A stretch of 64,000 bases of DNA from a virus (lineage: Duplodnaviria > Heunggongvirae > Uroviricota > Caudoviricetes): positions 21,919 through 85,918 of IMG/VR virus record IMGVR_UViG_3300008113_000307; one strand, given 5' to 3'. Both the position numbers and the translations under genes were made by a program. Below the pieces are notes generated by a model. That model made no database searches and was not told where the DNA came from. It saw only the letters and a list, made by a program, of their open reading frames with translations. The stretch's first letter is position 1; the number at the start of each line of letters is the position of its first letter. Shown one piece after another: positions 34,310 to 44,587 of the stretch.

Positions 34310-35002
34310 ATGAATGTTCAACTTGTGTCCTACTCACAGCCAACTGAGGAATTTGCAAACCTGGGTGTCGACGATGCCCAGGAACTCATTGCCTATTGTG
34401 CCCGTGTGTCCAACCCTGCCAACCAGTTCAACACTGAAACAAGCGAACGACTCATCAAGTATCTGGTGCGACATGCCCACTGGAGTCCACTCGAAATGGT
34501 GTCAGCCTGTTGCGAAATCACCACCACCAGAGACATTGCCCGACAGATTCTACGTCACAGAAGTTTCAGCTTCCAAGAGTTCAGTCAGCGATATGCTGAT
34601 CCTACAGCTGAACTTGATGAAGCGTTTGTGTTACGTGAGGCACGATTCCAGGACACCAAGAATCGACAAAACAGTGTAGAGCTGGACACCACAGACGAAG
34701 CACAGCGACTCTTGGCCATTGAATGGGAACGTGCTCAACAGCGTGTGCTGTTCAGTGTCAAACAAGAATACAAGTGGGCTATTGCCAATGGTATTGCCAA
34801 AGAACAGGCTCGTGCTGTGCTGCCTGAAGGTCTCACAGTGAGTCGCATGTACATGAACGGCACTTTGCGTAGCTGGATTCACTTTATTGAATTGCGAAGC
34901 GGCAACGGCACACAAAAAGAACACATGCTGATTGCTCGAGCCTGTGCCGAAGTCATTGCCAAAATCTTTCCCATGGCAACCGATCTAGTTGCAAAAACAT
35001 GA
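34310..35002 (+). CDS. thyX: Flavin-dependent thymidylate synthase ThyX
   Basis: ThyX signature RHRSFSFQEFSQRY (RHRxxSxxxxSxR) and typical size (230 aa). Confidence 0.9.
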   Translation: MNVQLVSYSQPTEEFANLGVDDAQELIAYCARVSNPANQFNTETSERLIKYLVRHAHWSPLEMVSACCEITTTRDIARQILRHRSFSFQEFSQRYADPTAELDEAFVLREARFQDTKNRQNSVELDTTDEAQRLLAIEWERAQQRVLFSVKQEYKWAIANGIAKEQARAVLPEGLTVSRMYMNGTLRSWIHFIELRSGNGTQKEHMLIARACAEVIAKIFPMATDLVAKT

Positions 35003-35018
35003 TCCACCTGCTATACTA
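34989..35018 (+). promoter_or_regulatory. sigma70-like promoter inside thyX 3' end
   Basis: TTGCAA-18-TATACT, ATG 35023. Confidence 0.45.
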
Positions 35019-35022
35019 AGGT

Positions 35023-35346
35023 ATGGCAAACACACCGTATTTTGACACACCCACGCACTGGCAACCTGAACTTACAAAAATTGTAGACGGGCGCCCAGTG
35101 CGTTTTTCTGACGTGTGTGTGCATGAATTTCGTATAGGCGACGTAGAAGATCCTGCGATTGTTGCAGGTGGTCCCATGTGGGATTGGCAGCAGAGCGAGG
35201 TAGGACAATGGGTGATTGAACATGCAGTGGAAAAACCTTACTGGCACAAGGATCTTGATCCCAGCACCTACGGCTATCGCTTTCGCATAATGGCTCGACT
35301 CAGTGAGCAGGATCAAACTTTTTTTAAACTCAAGTGGAGAAAATAA
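35023..35346 (+). CDS. Hypothetical protein (107 aa)
   Basis: Trp-rich ORF upstream of sugar-modification genes. Confidence 0.45.
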   Translation: MANTPYFDTPTHWQPELTKIVDGRPVRFSDVCVHEFRIGDVEDPAIVAGGPMWDWQQSEVGQWVIEHAVEKPYWHKDLDPSTYGYRFRIMARLSEQDQTFFKLKWRK

Positions 35347-36317
35347 TGGCAAAGTTTTTGGTAACAGGCGGACATGGCCTAATTGGACACAATGTGGTAC
35401 AACGACTGCAGACTCGTGGCGATAGTGTGGCAGTGATGGACACACATACCACATACGGTATCATTCCTCAAGAGGAAATTGATTACTTGGTTGCCGAGCG
35501 GCTCAAAAAGCTAGAGCCCCATGTGTTCTACTGTGATGACATTGTGGATGCTGCTGCTGTGGAATACATCGTGAACAAGGAAAAGCCTCAAGTGTTGATC
35601 CACATGGCCAGCTTTCCTAGACAAAAAGTTGTCAATGCCAATCCTGCTACGGGTGCAGATGTTATGATGAAGGGGTTGATCAATCTTTTGGAGAGTGCCA
35701 AAAAACACGGTGTTGAACGTTTTGTGTACATCTCCAGCAGTATGGTATATGGAGACTTTGAGGATCAGGTACTAGAGGACGACGACTGTGCTCCGCAAGG
35801 ACAATACGGCATAATGAAACTGGCCGGCGAGTGGCTGGTCAAAGATTATGCACGCCGTACAGGTATGGAGTATGTGATTATCCGTCCCAGTGCTGTGTAT
35901 GGACCCTTGGATGTGGAAGATCGTGTGGTGGCCAAGTTCATGATTGCTGCCATGCGTGGAGAAACCCTCCGAGTCAACGGTGCAGGAGAGACCCTGGACT
36001 TTACCTATGTGGATGATGCTGCAGATGGTATTGTGGCGTCGGCCACTCGTATCATGAGCCGCAACAGCACCTACAACATCACCAAGAGTCACAGTGTGAG
36101 CTTGTTGGAAGCTGCAGAAATGATTGTAGAGATCGTGGGCTCAGGCAAGATTGAGGTTTGCGACAAAGACGCAGACTTTCCCAGCCGCGGTGCACTCAAC
36201 ATTGATCGTGCCCGAACCATTCTAGGTTATGATCCCAAGGTGGATGTTCACGAAGGATTTGAAAAGTATTATGAGTGGATCAATAATTCCCTTTACTGGA
36301 ATCCAAAGACAGTATAA
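35346..36317 (+). CDS. NAD-dependent nucleotide-sugar epimerase/dehydratase (SDR family)
   Basis: N-terminal Rossmann motif VTGGHGLIGHNV; about 320 aa. Confidence 0.8.
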   Translation: MAKFLVTGGHGLIGHNVVQRLQTRGDSVAVMDTHTTYGIIPQEEIDYLVAERLKKLEPHVFYCDDIVDAAAVEYIVNKEKPQVLIHMASFPRQKVVNANPATGADVMMKGLINLLESAKKHGVERFVYISSSMVYGDFEDQVLEDDDCAPQGQYGIMKLAGEWLVKDYARRTGMEYVIIRPSAVYGPLDVEDRVVAKFMIAAMRGETLRVNGAGETLDFTYVDDAADGIVASATRIMSRNSTYNITKSHSVSLLEAAEMIVEIVGSGKIEVCDKDADFPSRGALNIDRARTILGYDPKVDVHEGFEKYYEWINNSLYWNPKTV

Positions 36318-37344
36318 CAATCTCCGCGAGGAGATACTGGAAATCACAGACCGTGCACTCAGCACCGGTCAGTTGATGAGCGGCGGATGGACCAATCACT
36401 TTGAGGACTGGCTGGCCTATCGCAATCATGTGCAATATGCAGTGACTTGTCATTCGGGCACACAAGCACTGGAAATCATCGCAGGGTACTATCGAGAACA
36501 ACGTGCAGATCATCCCTCAGTGCTGATTCCAGCCATGACCTACATTGCCACAGCCAATGCTTGGGCCAATGCAGGCTGGCGATTGCACATTGTGGATACT
36601 GATGCTTACGGGCTCATGAATCCTGCAAGTGTGCCCGCATCCCTAGAATTTCAAGCTGTGTGCAATGTAGGGCTGTATGGTGCTGCTGCCACTCAGTGGG
36701 ACGAGCATCACAAACAGTATGTCTTGATTGAGGATGGGGCACAGCATTGGCTGGCAGACAACAGCCAACGTCGTGGTGCTGCTTGTGCCATCAGCTTTGA
36801 TCCCACCAAGAACTTGGCCAACTATGGCAACGGTGGTGCTGTTGTTACCAATCGCATGGATCTGGCCAACTATGCTAGAGACTGGTGCACCAACGGACGT
36901 GACGGATACGGTGCTGAACATGTGACCAACAGCCGCATGAGCGAAGTTGATTGTGCGCAAATGATGATCAAGACCAAGTATATTGATCAATGGCAGCAAC
37001 GTCGCAGAGAGATTGCTGAATACTGGATTGATCAGTTCCAAGATTCCCCTGTCCGTTGCTTGATTGATTCAAGCAATGTTGGACGACACTGTTTTCACAA
37101 GTTTGTGATTGATGTGGATCGACGTGATCAAATGCAGGTACGACTAGCTAATGCCGGTATCAGTACCAAAGTGCATTACACAAGACCCCTGCACGAAGAA
37201 CCCAGGTATATCAACACTCTGGGGCCCAACATGTTGAGTGTGGCCAGTAGCCTGGCCCGCCGTTGTCTAAGTTTGCCTATCTATCCTGAACTAACAGATA
37301 GCGAAGTAGAGCATGTGGCTAGTCAGGTACTAGCCCACGTTTGA
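36271..37344 (+). CDS. DegT/DnrJ/EryC1/StrS-family PLP-dependent sugar aminotransferase
   Basis: N-terminal IPF..QY..L..EI motif and family-typical length; overlaps epimerase stop in another frame. Confidence 0.75.
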   Translation: MSGSIIPFTGIQRQYNNLREEILEITDRALSTGQLMSGGWTNHFEDWLAYRNHVQYAVTCHSGTQALEIIAGYYREQRADHPSVLIPAMTYIATANAWANAGWRLHIVDTDAYGLMNPASVPASLEFQAVCNVGLYGAAATQWDEHHKQYVLIEDGAQHWLADNSQRRGAACAISFDPTKNLANYGNGGAVVTNRMDLANYARDWCTNGRDGYGAEHVTNSRMSEVDCAQMMIKTKYIDQWQQRRREIAEYWIDQFQDSPVRCLIDSSNVGRHCFHKFVIDVDRRDQMQVRLANAGISTKVHYTRPLHEEPRYINTLGPNMLSVASSLARRCLSLPIYPELTDSEVEHVASQVLAHV

Positions 37345-39724
37345 CAAACACATAACTGGCCAGCCACGCCCAGTCATAACTCTTGCGTAGTTGTTCAAAG
37401 TCTCCATTTACTGAATCATAGTATTCTACTGCATCCTCGGCACCCAGCACACTCCATTGCCCGTGTTCCACTATGCCATTGGTATCAGGGTCCAACCATT
37501 GTTTGAGTCTGTATTGACTTTCTACATCTGTGCTGGCACACAATTTGAGCACTTCACGGAAAGCAGTGCGCCAGGCCATCCAGGGAGTATAACTGTAGTA
37601 GGCTGTACCTGACATCATGGGCACAACTTCATGTGCACTGTCCAAGGTAAAGTCTAGTCCGTGTCCTGAATTGGCCAATACCAAGTCCCGGTTGTAGGCA
37701 ATCATGGCTTGGTGCCCATACTCTAATCCATTCACAGGATTACGTGCATGAAAGATATAGTGCTTGGGTTCTTGCATACGATCAGGTTGCCAGTACCAAT
37801 CAAACTCAGGATTCACTGCCAATTTAGCAAACACTGCAAAAAACCAAGGAGTCGTGCTGGCACGGGCTGCTGCATGATATGCTGCCACACGACCATTAAT
37901 GCCATCGACTCGATGCAATTGGTTCGGCCGATAATCCACAGCGCGGCTAACCATACCCCAGTTTGTTTCTGCGTTGGGTTCTCCGTTGCTGATGAACACA
38001 ATGTCTAGAGGTCGGTCGCTGTGTGGTTTTCGTCGAGTTTTGTCAATGTAGGCATAATCATACAACTGTGTGCGAACATGCCCCTGTGCTGTTTTGGGCA
38101 CAATCACTGCACTGGCACCGGTACTGAGCGGCACAATAGTCTTGGTTTCTTGCCGCCACAAGCTCACTGTGGGTAACTCAGCAGGCACATGTTCAACTGT
38201 AAACACGGCCAATGGCCCTGCCCAGTCAGTACGTTTTACAACATCTACGTGTGTATCGTCCTTGTGATATATCACAGGCATGCTACGGCGAGGAACTGAG
38301 ATGCTGGGCACATAGTTAACATCATACCAATCCAGCAGGGCCTTTTTCTCTGCTGACTCGGCAAATGTAGGCACATGCATAAAAAATGTGTCCCCAAACT
38401 TTTGTTCGTTGCTGGCAAACACATGCAGCATTGTGCTCTGCCATGCTTCGGGGTGCCAAGAGAAATCAAATCCTGTGTAGTCGCAGATGCTGCTACACAC
38501 CCATACGTATTCATGTTCCGTGCCAATACTTTTAGCCAAACGTATCAGTGTATCTCGATAGTTGTCAAAGTAGCGCACACGCCGTGTGGTGTTTTTAATT
38601 TTGCCAGCATGTTCATCCAGGTGATCAATTTCATAAATGGCTGTGGCCACACGGGTGGTACGACTTTTGATTTCACTCAGGTACTTGACTTCAGTGGCTC
38701 CGGGTACTGTGTATACTGGCCCGCCTGTCTTCTGGTGTTGCGTAGCAAACTGATAGATGTAGGCAGGTGCACCTGGATCTGGTTGCCAAGAGAAATCAAA
38801 GTCACTGACATCTAGTGTGTCTGGCACAGTCCAATGTTCCAGCGACGGAGTCAACTGAACACGCGGCCAAGTCACATACTTGCGTTCGGTTGCGCCCGGC
38901 ACGCGATATTCTACGGTGGGCATTTTTTCTGCAGGCCACCATTGATTACCAAACACATAGATGTAAGGTGGATCTCCGGGATCTGGCACCCACGAGTAGT
39001 CCCAGTCACAATCAGGTATCACATCGTACCAGAGCCGATTGGGGTTCTTGGGCAGCGTAGCACAGGGAGTGTTCATGTACTTGCGTTCGGTAGCGCCTGG
39101 CACATGATATTCCACAGTGGGCATGACAGTGGCCGAATGCCACTGATTGCCAAACACATAGATGTAGGGCGGATCCATGGGATGTGGACGCCAGGACCAG
39201 TCAAAGCTATCAACATTGACACAGGTTTGCCAGTTGGCAGTGCTGGGCTCTAGCTGTGCTCGCGGTTGTGAAACGTATTTTGGGTCCACTGCGCTTGGCA
39301 CACGATATTCTGGGCCGCCTTGATCATGATAGTTGGTGCCAAACACATACACATAGTCAGGCTCGGTGGGATCTGGATGCCAACTGTAGTCAAACTCAGA
39401 CACCAGGTCACAGTTGTACCAGTGTTCACTGCTGGGCAGTCGCTGTATTACTGGGTCAGCATGATAGTTGGTGTCAGTATAGCCCTCACGGGGCACCAGG
39501 TATGTGCCCGAATCTTTCTGCCACTGACTGGCCCAAGCATGTCGTTGGCCAGCTTGCCACGGTACTGGCTCCCAAAGCCAATCCCAGCCACTGTAGTCCG
39601 ATAAGTAGTTGACCACCCAAAAATAGCGTGTGCGGCAACGGTGGGCAGCATCTTGAATATCCACAGCTGGTTGTTCGTGCACAAACAAGTTTGGCTTTTT
39701 GCCTAGATAAAATACATCAAACAT
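37319..39724 (-). CDS. Large tandem-repeat protein with C-terminal domain homologous to 53195-54154 (putative glycan-modifying enzyme)
   Basis: Six copies of an about 40-aa repeat FD[FW]SWxPDPxxPxYIYVFGN...VPGATE[RV]KY; C-terminal IVFISNGEPNAETNWGMVSRAVD...RVDGINGRVAAYHAAARAS aligns with the N-terminus of the 319-aa protein. Confidence 0.6.
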   Translation of the reverse strand: MFDVFYLGKKPNLFVHEQPAVDIQDAAHRCRTRYFWVVNYLSDYSGWDWLWEPVPWQAGQRHAWASQWQKDSGTYLVPREGYTDTNYHADPVIQRLPSSEHWYNCDLVSEFDYSWHPDPTEPDYVYVFGTNYHDQGGPEYRVPSAVDPKYVSQPRAQLEPSTANWQTCVNVDSFDWSWRPHPMDPPYIYVFGNQWHSATVMPTVEYHVPGATERKYMNTPCATLPKNPNRLWYDVIPDCDWDYSWVPDPGDPPYIYVFGNQWWPAEKMPTVEYRVPGATERKYVTWPRVQLTPSLEHWTVPDTLDVSDFDFSWQPDPGAPAYIYQFATQHQKTGGPVYTVPGATEVKYLSEIKSRTTRVATAIYEIDHLDEHAGKIKNTTRRVRYFDNYRDTLIRLAKSIGTEHEYVWVCSSICDYTGFDFSWHPEAWQSTMLHVFASNEQKFGDTFFMHVPTFAESAEKKALLDWYDVNYVPSISVPRRSMPVIYHKDDTHVDVVKRTDWAGPLAVFTVEHVPAELPTVSLWRQETKTIVPLSTGASAVIVPKTAQGHVRTQLYDYAYIDKTRRKPHSDRPLDIVFISNGEPNAETNWGMVSRAVDYRPNQLHRVDGINGRVAAYHAAARASTTPWFFAVFAKLAVNPEFDWYWQPDRMQEPKHYIFHARNPVNGLEYGHQAMIAYNRDLVLANSGHGLDFTLDSAHEVVPMMSGTAYYSYTPWMAWRTAFREVLKLCASTDVESQYRLKQWLDPDTNGIVEHGQWSVLGAEDAVEYYDSVNGDFEQLRKSYDWAWLASYVFVKRGLVPD
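38875..39175. repeat. Two about 100-nt near-identical direct DNA repeats inside the repeat-protein gene
   Basis: acttgcgttcggt(t/a)gcgcc(c/t)ggcac..gatatt..cacatagatgta(a/g)gg(t/c)ggatc appears twice about 200 nt apart. Confidence 0.6.
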
Positions 39725-40829
39725 GATTAGAATAGACGAGATTTACAACAATACTATTTGGCCTTGGATCAAACATCAGCGACCTGGATTCAGAATGTTC
39801 ATGTGCGACCCGTTTGGTCGAAGTGACCCAGACAGTGTAAAAAACTACGGCGATGATGATATGCACGAACACAATTATATATTCTTTTTTGATCAAGAGC
39901 CAATACATTTGAACATTCACACTGCCACATTCGACGAAGTGCGTAATGCAAGAAATCCTGACTTACACAATCAGTATCAAAATATTGGCGCCATATGCAC
40001 TAGCGAACAAGATTCGGACACTGTGGACGCAGTATGTAAAAAATACAACTGGAAAAGCCTTTATTATTTCTTTCATGGATGGGCAGCGTTGGATTGGTAC
40101 CGAGGATATGATCGCACTTTCCTAATACCGCCATGGCAAGAAAGAAACATTACCAAAACGTTTATTGCTCCCAATCGTATTGTGGCCGGCGAACGTCAAC
40201 ATCGACTAGAAATGCTGTACCATATATTCAAAAACGATATGGTGCACAATCATGTGAGTTGTCCAGCTGTATGCCCTGCCGAAAACATTGCGGTACAAGA
40301 TGCTGTCAAGGCCCTGGCAAACAAATATCCTGATATTGAATCTGTGTTTGCTGCACAAAGCTTGCCTATCAACTTTGCTGGAGAAACTGATCATCCCATG
40401 CATAGCTGTTGGCTGAGTTTGTTTGACCAGAGTGCAGAAAGTTTGTTGTACCTGGTTACAGAAACAGTAGCTGCTGGCCGCAGACATCATCTAACTGAAA
40501 AAACATTCAAGCCCATTGCCCTGGGCATGCCGTTTGTGATTGTAGGCACCCAGGGCAGTCTTGAATATTTGCGCAGTTATGGTTTCCGCACTTTTGAGGG
40601 TATCTGGGACGAGAGTTACGACCAAGCACCTGACAATGTTCGCATTGAGCGTATTGCTAGTTTGTTGCAGAGTCTTGATCAGTTGCCAAAAAAGGCCAAG
40701 CAAGAACTATTTGAAGCTGCACATGAAGTAATCGAACACAACTGGAATCATTTCTACAAAGGTGGATTTGAAGCTGTGCTATGGGCCGAACTAAAGGACA
40801 TGCTGAATGCCATTGAATCTAGTAGCTGA
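39723..40829 (+). CDS. Glycosyltransferase-like protein, TEK-motif paralog
   Basis: HLTEKTFKPIALGMPFVIVG...GFRTFEGIWDESYD; start codon overlaps the start of the divergent minus-strand gene. Confidence 0.4.
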   Translation: MIRIDEIYNNTIWPWIKHQRPGFRMFMCDPFGRSDPDSVKNYGDDDMHEHNYIFFFDQEPIHLNIHTATFDEVRNARNPDLHNQYQNIGAICTSEQDSDTVDAVCKKYNWKSLYYFFHGWAALDWYRGYDRTFLIPPWQERNITKTFIAPNRIVAGERQHRLEMLYHIFKNDMVHNHVSCPAVCPAENIAVQDAVKALANKYPDIESVFAAQSLPINFAGETDHPMHSCWLSLFDQSAESLLYLVTETVAAGRRHHLTEKTFKPIALGMPFVIVGTQGSLEYLRSYGFRTFEGIWDESYDQAPDNVRIERIASLLQSLDQLPKKAKQELFEAAHEVIEHNWNHFYKGGFEAVLWAELKDMLNAIESSS

Positions 40830-41988
40830 TCGTATTGTGAAAGGACGCTTGTATCCGGCACTGACTCAGCACGAAGCCAGACCTTATACACAGGCATGGC
40901 GGGAGTTTGGGCAGCACTACCCTTACACTGTGCCACTGCGACTACAGGAATATTGCGATCATCATGGAGTCAAGCTTGGTGTATTTGGAATAGGCGATGC
41001 ATTTCCCGAGGACTCTTTTTATCCAGTTGGGTTAGCATTTTTTAATTTTGAAATAGACTATTTTGATCTGTTAGCCGGCGCAGTAATACAATTGATCAAA
41101 CGTCAGCAGTTACGGGTTTTATTTTATTATCACGAGGGAGACAATCCTGTTCGTATCAAACAACGTTTAGATTGGTTGGTTAAAAAACATCAACTGCCTG
41201 AACGGTGTTATGTGTTTGTGAGTGCAAACTCAGCTGCAGATGCTATTCCAGGATTTGTGTATTTTGCTGACTTTGAACTGTGGTATTATCAACGAAACAT
41301 TGGGTTGCCTGCATTGCAAATACATTCGAACAATCGTGATAGAGAATTCACAGTGCTGAACCGGCTGCATAAAAGTTGGAGAGCCACAGCAATGGCCGAT
41401 CTCCAGCGCATCGACATACTTGAAAACAGCTATTGGAGTTATTGCGAAACCGGCAACTTAGACTTGGACAATCCCATTGAGTTGGACAGCATACCTGGTC
41501 TTAGAACTGCAACTGAACAATTTCTCAAGCATGCACCTTATGTAAGCGACGACCTAGATCAATCTCGGCGCAATAACCACGCATTGTTGGAGCCTAAATA
41601 TCATGCCAACAGCTACTGCAACATTGTGATGGAGACACATTTTGATGCTGATCAAAGTGGCGGCACATTTTTAACTGAAAAAACATTCAAACCTATCAAG
41701 CACGGTCAGCTGTTTTTTGTTGCAGGACCTGCTGGTAGTTTGGCAGCTCTTAGAGAGTTGGGTTATAGAACGTTTGACTCTGTGTTTGACACAACCTACG
41801 ATACTGTTGTAGACAATACCCAACGCTGGTTGTTACTAAGGCAAGCTATAACACAGGCAAGATCTAGTGTTTCAGATCATTTTAAAAAAGCACAAGCTGA
41901 CATCGAACACAATCAACATTTATTTGTCAGCCACAAGTCGCAGCGTTTAAATACCTTGATCGGAAAAATACATGAGCAACCTCGTTAA
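40807..41988 (+). CDS. Glycosyltransferase-like protein, TEK-motif paralog
   Basis: FLTEKTFKPIKHGQLFFVAG...GYRTFDSVFDTTYD. Confidence 0.4.
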   Translation: MPLNLVADRIVKGRLYPALTQHEARPYTQAWREFGQHYPYTVPLRLQEYCDHHGVKLGVFGIGDAFPEDSFYPVGLAFFNFEIDYFDLLAGAVIQLIKRQQLRVLFYYHEGDNPVRIKQRLDWLVKKHQLPERCYVFVSANSAADAIPGFVYFADFELWYYQRNIGLPALQIHSNNRDREFTVLNRLHKSWRATAMADLQRIDILENSYWSYCETGNLDLDNPIELDSIPGLRTATEQFLKHAPYVSDDLDQSRRNNHALLEPKYHANSYCNIVMETHFDADQSGGTFLTEKTFKPIKHGQLFFVAGPAGSLAALRELGYRTFDSVFDTTYDTVVDNTQRWLLLRQAITQARSSVSDHFKKAQADIEHNQHLFVSHKSQRLNTLIGKIHEQPR

Positions 41989-43012
41989 TTCGTACACATC
42001 TTGGCAACCACTTGAAGAAGTTATTGTGGGCCGTGCCTATAGTCCTGACTATTTTGATTTCATCGACAACCCCCAGGTTCGCAATCAACTGCAGCAGATC
42101 CTGACTGAGACCGAAGAGGACCTTGACAATCTTGCTCGAACTATTGAACAGTACGGTAGCGTAGTAAAACGACCAGATCTTCCGGATCGAGATCAGTTTG
42201 TTTGGTGGCAGACCGAAGGACACGGCGCTCCGTTGCCACCACTAACTCCTAGAGATTGGCAGATTACGTTGGGCGATAAACTTTTGCGTGTATTGCCCAT
42301 GTCCGGGCTTGACAATGTGTGCGCTGAGTATGAGGCACATCAGCCGGGCTCAGTGATAAATCCACACGGAAGTATCTGGGACAAAAATTGTATATTGAAT
42401 GGTGCCAGTGCCAGCTGCATAGTGCGAGTAGGCCGAGATGTATTTTTTGATAACTCTGAATTCTTAAATCCAGAACAAAGTCGATGGATTGTAGATAATG
42501 TTCTAGGACCAGAATATAGAATACACGAGGCAATCACTGATGGGCACGGTGACGCGGTGTTTGCTATTCTTAAACCTGGTGTGTTGTTGTCTAGCAAACA
42601 CGACGTCAATTTAAACTTTGATCAGGACTTTGCAGGCTGGGATGTTTGTAAAGTATGGGATTCAAGTATTTGGGCAGCAATGGAAGTGGGAAAGTTTAAA
42701 TATGAAACAAGTCCCGGTGCATGGTACGTGCAAGGACAAACTCCTACTCCTGAATTTACTGAATTTGTGAATACATATCTAAACAAATGGACTGGCTTTG
42801 TGGCTGAAACTGTGTTTGATGTCAACTGCTTGGTTCTAGACGAAGAAAACGTTATCTTCAGTGCCTACAACAAGCCAGTGTTTGACTATTGTCGCAAGCA
42901 TCGTATCAATCCTATTATCAGTGAGCTACGACACAGTTACTTCTGGGACGGTGGCATCAGCTGCTGTACACAAGACATTCGTCGTCGTGGTGGTTTAGAA
43001 ACTTATCTTTAA
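41972..43012 (+). CDS. Amidinotransferase-family enzyme
   Basis: C-terminal FWDGGISCCTQDIRRRGGLETYL resembles the amidinotransferase (AGAT/StrB) active-site Cys region GGxHCxTxDxRRRG. Confidence 0.6.
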   Translation: MSNLVNSYTSWQPLEEVIVGRAYSPDYFDFIDNPQVRNQLQQILTETEEDLDNLARTIEQYGSVVKRPDLPDRDQFVWWQTEGHGAPLPPLTPRDWQITLGDKLLRVLPMSGLDNVCAEYEAHQPGSVINPHGSIWDKNCILNGASASCIVRVGRDVFFDNSEFLNPEQSRWIVDNVLGPEYRIHEAITDGHGDAVFAILKPGVLLSSKHDVNLNFDQDFAGWDVCKVWDSSIWAAMEVGKFKYETSPGAWYVQGQTPTPEFTEFVNTYLNKWTGFVAETVFDVNCLVLDEENVIFSAYNKPVFDYCRKHRINPIISELRHSYFWDGGISCCTQDIRRRGGLETYL

Positions 43013-44493
43013 CTGCATACCCGGACTTTGTACTCGCGTTCAAATCTATCAGCGTCTGATCTTGTATTGACCATTGGTTCACCGCGAATGTTGAGACTGG
43101 TGTTTAACAACATAGGGCAACCGGTCATAACGTACCACTTTTCTAGTAGTTGTCTTATTCCAGATCCGTCCCGTGGCACAGTCTGTACACGACTAGTGCC
43201 GTCAGCATGAACGATAGCAGGGAAAAGCTCAGGATACCTGCAGCCAGCGACTGACTGCATATACCTATTGTGGTGCCAGCCAGGAGGCATAGCAAAGTAA
43301 TCACCAGCCAACTCCTCCAGTATAACGGGAGCAAAGGGCCGAAACTTCTGTCTACGCTTGATCTCATTTACACGATCCTTTATATCTGGACCTCTTGGGT
43401 CCGCCAAGAGGCTTCTGTTGCCTAGAGCACGTGGGCCAAACTCTGCACGGCCACTGGCCACACCCACAATCTTGTTAGTAACAAGATGATCCAAAATACC
43501 ATTGACAGGATAGTCGCCGCCGATATCATGACCCAAATAGGCATTGGTCCAATGTATCTTTCCTCCATGAGCCAGTGCTGCTGCACCCAGGCTTGAGCCA
43601 GCATCGCCAGGACAAGGCATAATCCATATGCGATCAAATTGTTCTCCTAGTCGTCGATTGGCACTACAGTTCAAGGCCACACCTCCCATGTATACCAAAT
43701 TACGGCTCCACCCATGCCCTGCTGCACGAGCCATCACATTCATGATCAAGTCTTCTGCGAGATCTTGTGCACCAGCCGCAATGTCCATGTTGCCCACATG
43801 ACTGAGATACTTGTGGCTCAGGCCTAAGTGCAAGTTTTCGCGGAATCTAATACGCCAAGCATCGTCCACAAGATCTTGCTGCATGAGTGCACTGAATCCT
43901 GATTCGCCATAGGCGGCCATACCCATCAAGATGTATTCTTCATCCAGGGGCTTGAGACCCACTCGATCAGTCATTGAGCTGTAGAATAACCCAATGCTGT
44001 GTGGATAACGTTGCGTCCACAGTCGTCGATATGTTGCCTTGCCAGTTGAATCATATTCAGCGGCCCATATGGTCACGGTGTCCCACTCGCCTATGGCATC
44101 AATTACCACCACTGTGGCACGATCAAACTCGCTGGTTTGAAATCCTGCTGCAGCGTGACTGAGATGATGACGATAGTGTTTTATCTTTTTACCACTGAGT
44201 CTATTGTGGCCCAACTGCTGCTCAAGCACTTGACATGTGGTGAATTTGTTCCACTCTATGCCCTGTCCACTGTAGAGCTGACGAGTTTGTTTCAGCCACG
44301 GAGTTTCGTAGTAGGCCACAGTGCCCACAGTGCTCATGTCTATTTCGTTCAGCAGCTTTAAAGAAATGTCAGCATCATTTTTCTTGCCGCTGTAACGTTC
44401 GCTATGACCAGCAAACAAAATTTCGCCTGCGGGCGAGATCACTGTGGCAGCAGCGTCATGAAAGCCAGCTGATATTCCTAGTATGTTGTTCAT
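43009..44493 (-). CDS. Carbamoyltransferase (NodU/CmcH family)
   Basis: N-terminal MNNILGISAGFHDAAATVI...GHSERYSGKKND typical of NodU/CmcH. Confidence 0.75.
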   Translation of the reverse strand: MNNILGISAGFHDAAATVISPAGEILFAGHSERYSGKKNDADISLKLLNEIDMSTVGTVAYYETPWLKQTRQLYSGQGIEWNKFTTCQVLEQQLGHNRLSGKKIKHYRHHLSHAAAGFQTSEFDRATVVVIDAIGEWDTVTIWAAEYDSTGKATYRRLWTQRYPHSIGLFYSSMTDRVGLKPLDEEYILMGMAAYGESGFSALMQQDLVDDAWRIRFRENLHLGLSHKYLSHVGNMDIAAGAQDLAEDLIMNVMARAAGHGWSRNLVYMGGVALNCSANRRLGEQFDRIWIMPCPGDAGSSLGAAALAHGGKIHWTNAYLGHDIGGDYPVNGILDHLVTNKIVGVASGRAEFGPRALGNRSLLADPRGPDIKDRVNEIKRRQKFRPFAPVILEELAGDYFAMPPGWHHNRYMQSVAGCRYPELFPAIVHADGTSRVQTVPRDGSGIRQLLEKWYVMTGCPMLLNTSLNIRGEPMVNTRSDADRFEREYKVRVCS

Positions 44494-44587
44494 CTATAGA
44501 TAAATGGATCTCGTTTACGTAACTCTTTGAGTTTTTTTCTGTAACGAATTTCTAGAGTGATTCTTGCCCATAGTCGTTTGATCCAGT

